Shown: one piece after another, positions 61,056 through 64,000 of the stretch
How positions within the stretch are numbered: the first letter of the stretch is position 1
Layout of the letters: each line of letters opens with the position of its first letter
Assembly: GCF_030144855.1 (NCBI RefSeq)
Contig: NC_082709.1
Location: 148,800,001 to 148,864,000 of the forward strand
Reading direction: 5' to 3'
Source of the DNA: Hypanus sabinus
Lineage: Eukaryota
Length of the DNA: 64,000 nt
Notes under the pieces: model-generated
Seen by the model: the letters and a program-made list of their open reading frames with translations, nothing else
Told to the model about the DNA's origin: nothing
Databases searched by the model: none
Translations under genes and position numbers: made by a program

Positions 61056-61463
61056 TTATTCCAGATACGCTCACTGCCATATCTGTGCCCAAGACTCTGA
61101 ATAAGGTAGAAGGAGACTCGCTGGAACTGGTCTGTGAAGTGTCTGAACAAACACCGTACCACACGCATATGGCCATCACATGGTACCTGCAAAAGGGAGA
61201 TCAGAGTCTCAAGGTCATATCTCTAACACGAGATTTCATTCTACGCGCTGGAGAGTCGTACAAGCAAAGACACGCGTCAGGTGATGTACGGCTGGACAAG
61301 TTGGGAGCCACTTCCTTCAAACTCACCATCTACAAACTGCAAGCATCTGATCAAGGGGATTTCTACTGTGAGGCAAGGGAGTGGATCCAAGATCCAGATA
61401 AGTCCTGGTATACCATAGCCTCCAAACGTACTGACAGAACAACTGTGAATGTAAAAGCTACGG
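61056..61463 (+). CDS. IGSF3: IGSF3 internal exon encoding Ig V-type domain 2 with the EWI motif (phase 1-1, 408 nt)
   Basis: Acceptor attattcttttccag|TT ends at 61055, with branch-like CATTGAT at 61025-61031; donor ACGG|gtaagg starts at 61464. Translation: (V)IPDTLTAISVPKTLNKVEGDSLELVCEVSEQTPYHTHMAITWYLQKGDQSLKVISLTRDFILRAGESYKQRHASGDVRLDKLGATSFKLTIYKLQASDQGDFYCEAREWIQDPDKSWYTIASKRTDRTTVNVKAT. It splices in frame to the previous exon (NLT-V-IPD). The CEAxEWIQDPD motif is diagnostic of the EWI family. Confidence 0.93.
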
Positions 61464-61849
61464 GTAAGGCATTGTTTTACAGTAATTTGTCTTCAAAGTA
61501 TAAATCAAAATCAATATTGCCATAGTGTGAATAAGCAAAGGGAGAGCCTGCTGGCTCACTATTATATAAAAGTGACACTCTGGGAATGGTGGTCAGGGTT
61601 CAGGACACTGAAGCCTGATTATTCTTGAAAGTGAGACCATGTCAATCAACCTTTTCTTGCTAAATGGAGTTCACAACAAAGTGTTGCATTTACATTTTCC
61701 AACCACTTTCAATAAAGTCACATTTGGGAGGTTGTTTATCCAAGTTAGAACACATGTTGGGACTTGTACACTGAGAATAAATTATCAAACACAAAGCAAA
61801 AATTGGAAACATTCAGATCTTTCTTTGGCAGGCTGTTAATTATCAGCTA

Positions 61850-62500
61850 CTACAATGGTCACAGCTTGGGACCCCAGCTTTTTCTAATCTATATCAGTGA
61901 TTTGGCAGGGGGACCAATTGTTATATTTCCAAGTTTGCTGATGATACAACACTAGGATAAATTATCAGTAAGGAGGAGATCTAAAGCAGTTTCAAGAAGC
62001 TATGGACAAACAATCTGAGCAAAAACATGACAAATATTTCTTGCTATTATTTTTTTCCTCTTTGTATTTGCAGTTTGTTGTCTTTTGCACATTAATTATT
62101 TGTCCATCCTGTTGGGTGCAGTCTTTCATTGATTCTATTGTGTTTCTTGGATTTATGGTGTTTGCCTGAAAGAAAATGAATCTCAGGGTTGTACATGGTG
62201 ACATAAATGTACTTTGATAATAAATTTACTTTGAACTGTGAAGAACATGAAAAAATGCAAAGCTATCTACTTTGAGCCGCAATACAAAAAAAGTTTTTTA
62301 AATAGATGGTGAGAGATTCTGAAATGATATTGTTCACAGAGACTCAAGAATCTTTGTCCATAAGTCACTGAAAGCCAGGGTTTAGGTCCCACAAACAATT
62401 AAAAAGGCAAGTGGAATGTTGGCCTTTGATTGGAGAGGAAATGATGACAGGAGTAAAAATGTCCTGCTGCATTTATAAAGGGCCTTGATGAGACTACGCA
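61850..62500 (+). mobile_element. CR1 fragment with a short Rex 3' tail (~62030-62240) inserted; CR1 resumes at ~63850
   Basis: LGPQLFLIYISDL, TCCAAGTTTGCTGATGATACAACACTAGG; the Rex tail ends GATAATAAATTTACTTTGAACT; TGCACAGTTTTGGTC at 63850. Confidence 0.75.
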
Positions 62501-62504
62501 GTGC

Positions 62505-63849
62505 ATTAGTTAAGAATAATATGAGCTGCTTTAATAACTATCACCCAGTAGCACTCTCATCTACAGCGATGAAATGCTTTAAGAGGTTGGTCATGACTAG
62601 GCTGAATGTCTGCCTCAGGAAGGACCTGGATCCACTGCAGTTTGCCTATTTCAACAACAGGTCAATGGCAGACGCACTCAATAGCCCTTCACACAGCTTT
62701 AGACCTCCTGGACAATACAAACACCTAGGATCTTGTTCATTGACTATAGCTCAGCATTTAACACCATCATTCCCACAATCCTCATTAAGACGTTGCAGAA
62801 CCTGGGCCTCTCTACTTCCCTCTGCACTTGGATACTCGACTTCCTAAGCAAAAGACCACACTCTGTGCAGATTGGGGATAACATCTCTTCCTCACTGACA
62901 ATCAACACTGGTGCACCTCAGGTGTGTGTTCTTAGCCCACTGCTCTACTCTCTCTATACCCATATAGAGAGTGTGGCTGGGCATAGCTCAAGTGCCACCT
63001 ATAAATTTGCTGATGATACAACCATTGTTGGTAGAAACTCAGATGGAGACGAGAGGACGTACAGGAGCAAGATATGCCAACTAGTGGAGTGGTGTCACAG
63101 CAACAACCTTGCACTCAACGTCAGTAAGATGAAAGAGTTGATTGTGGACTTCAGGAAGGGCAAGACAAAGAACACATACCAATCCTCATAGGGGGATCAG
63201 AAGTGGAGGAGTGAGGAGTTTCAAGTTCCTGGGTGTCAAGATCTCTGAGGACCTAACCTGGTCCTAACATATTGATATAGTTATAAAGAAGGCAAGACAG
63301 CGATTATACTTCATTAGGAGTTTGAAGAGATTTGGTATGTCAACAAAAACACTCAAAAACTTATATACATGTACCATGGTGAGCATTCTGACAGGCTTTA
63401 TCACTGTTTGGAATGGGGAGGGGGGAATCTACTGCACAGGACTGAAAGAAGCTGCAGAGGGTCATAAATTTAGTCAGCTCCATCTTGGGTACTAGCGTAC
63501 AAAGTACCCAGGACATCTTTAGGGAGCAGTGTCTCAGAAAGGCAGCGTCCATTGTTAAGGACCCCCAGCACCCAGGGCATACCCTTTTCTCACTGTTACC
63601 ATCAGGTAGGAGGTACAGAAGCCTGAAGGCACACACTCAGCGATTCAGGAACAGCTTCTTCCCTTTTGCCATCCGATTCCTAAATGGACATTGAACCCAT
63701 GAATACTACCTCACTTTTTTAATATAGATTAATTCGGTTTTGATCAATTTTTAATCTATTCAATACAGGTAATTTTTTTCTTCTATATTATTGAACTGCT
63801 GCTGCTAAGTTAACAAATTTCACAATAATAAACCTGATTCTGATTCTGT
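62505..63849 (+). mobile_element. Rex1/Babar-type LINE RT and 3' UTR
   Basis: [84 protein letters not shown]. Ends AATAAACCTGATTCTGATTCTG. Confidence 0.9.
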
Positions 63850-64000
63850 GCACAGTTTTGGTCTCTTTACCTTAAAAAAAGATATGTATTTGACAGGGAT
63901 GGAATGCAGCAAAATTTATTAGATGTGGTTCCTGTCTTGCTGAGTTTGCCATAAGAGGTACCATATGCAGACACCAGACTGGTGTTCCCTAGAATTGAAA

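Overview
Vertebrate genomic DNA, most likely a cartilaginous fish (probably a ray). This is inferred from the repeat content: CR1, Rex/Babar-type and RTE LINEs, Penelope-like elements, and tRNA-headed HE1/V-SINE-like SINEs. The only host gene I can support is IGSF3 (EWI family Ig-superfamily membrane protein) on the + strand. Two phase-1/phase-1 exons are present: Ig-V domain 1 (18620-18997, 378 nt) and Ig-V domain 2 (61056-61463, 408 nt), separated by a 42,058-nt GT-AG intron. The signal-peptide exon was not found and is probably upstream of the window. Nearly all other ORFs in the track are decayed transposon fragments or chance ORFs. DNA transposons include two near-identical hAT MITEs with 8-bp TSDs, two Tigger/pogo-type elements and a deleted DD34E Tc1 element. 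There is one 146-N gap and no CRISPR, rRNA or true tRNA gene. I did not find a wholly new biological system. The best leads are: decayed minimal hammerhead-ribozyme motifs carried by Penelope termini, including a 125-bp inverted-repeat unit with an 11-bp TSD; a non-coding CpG-rich element sharing the Rex LINE 3' tail; an internally deleted RTE; a 19-bp minisatellite seeded from a Penelope RT motif; and inverted CR1s flanking a stop-free symmetric exon (circRNA candidate). Repeat boundaries were read by eye and are approximate unless TIR/TSD coordinates are given. Family assignments come from motif recognition, not database searches.
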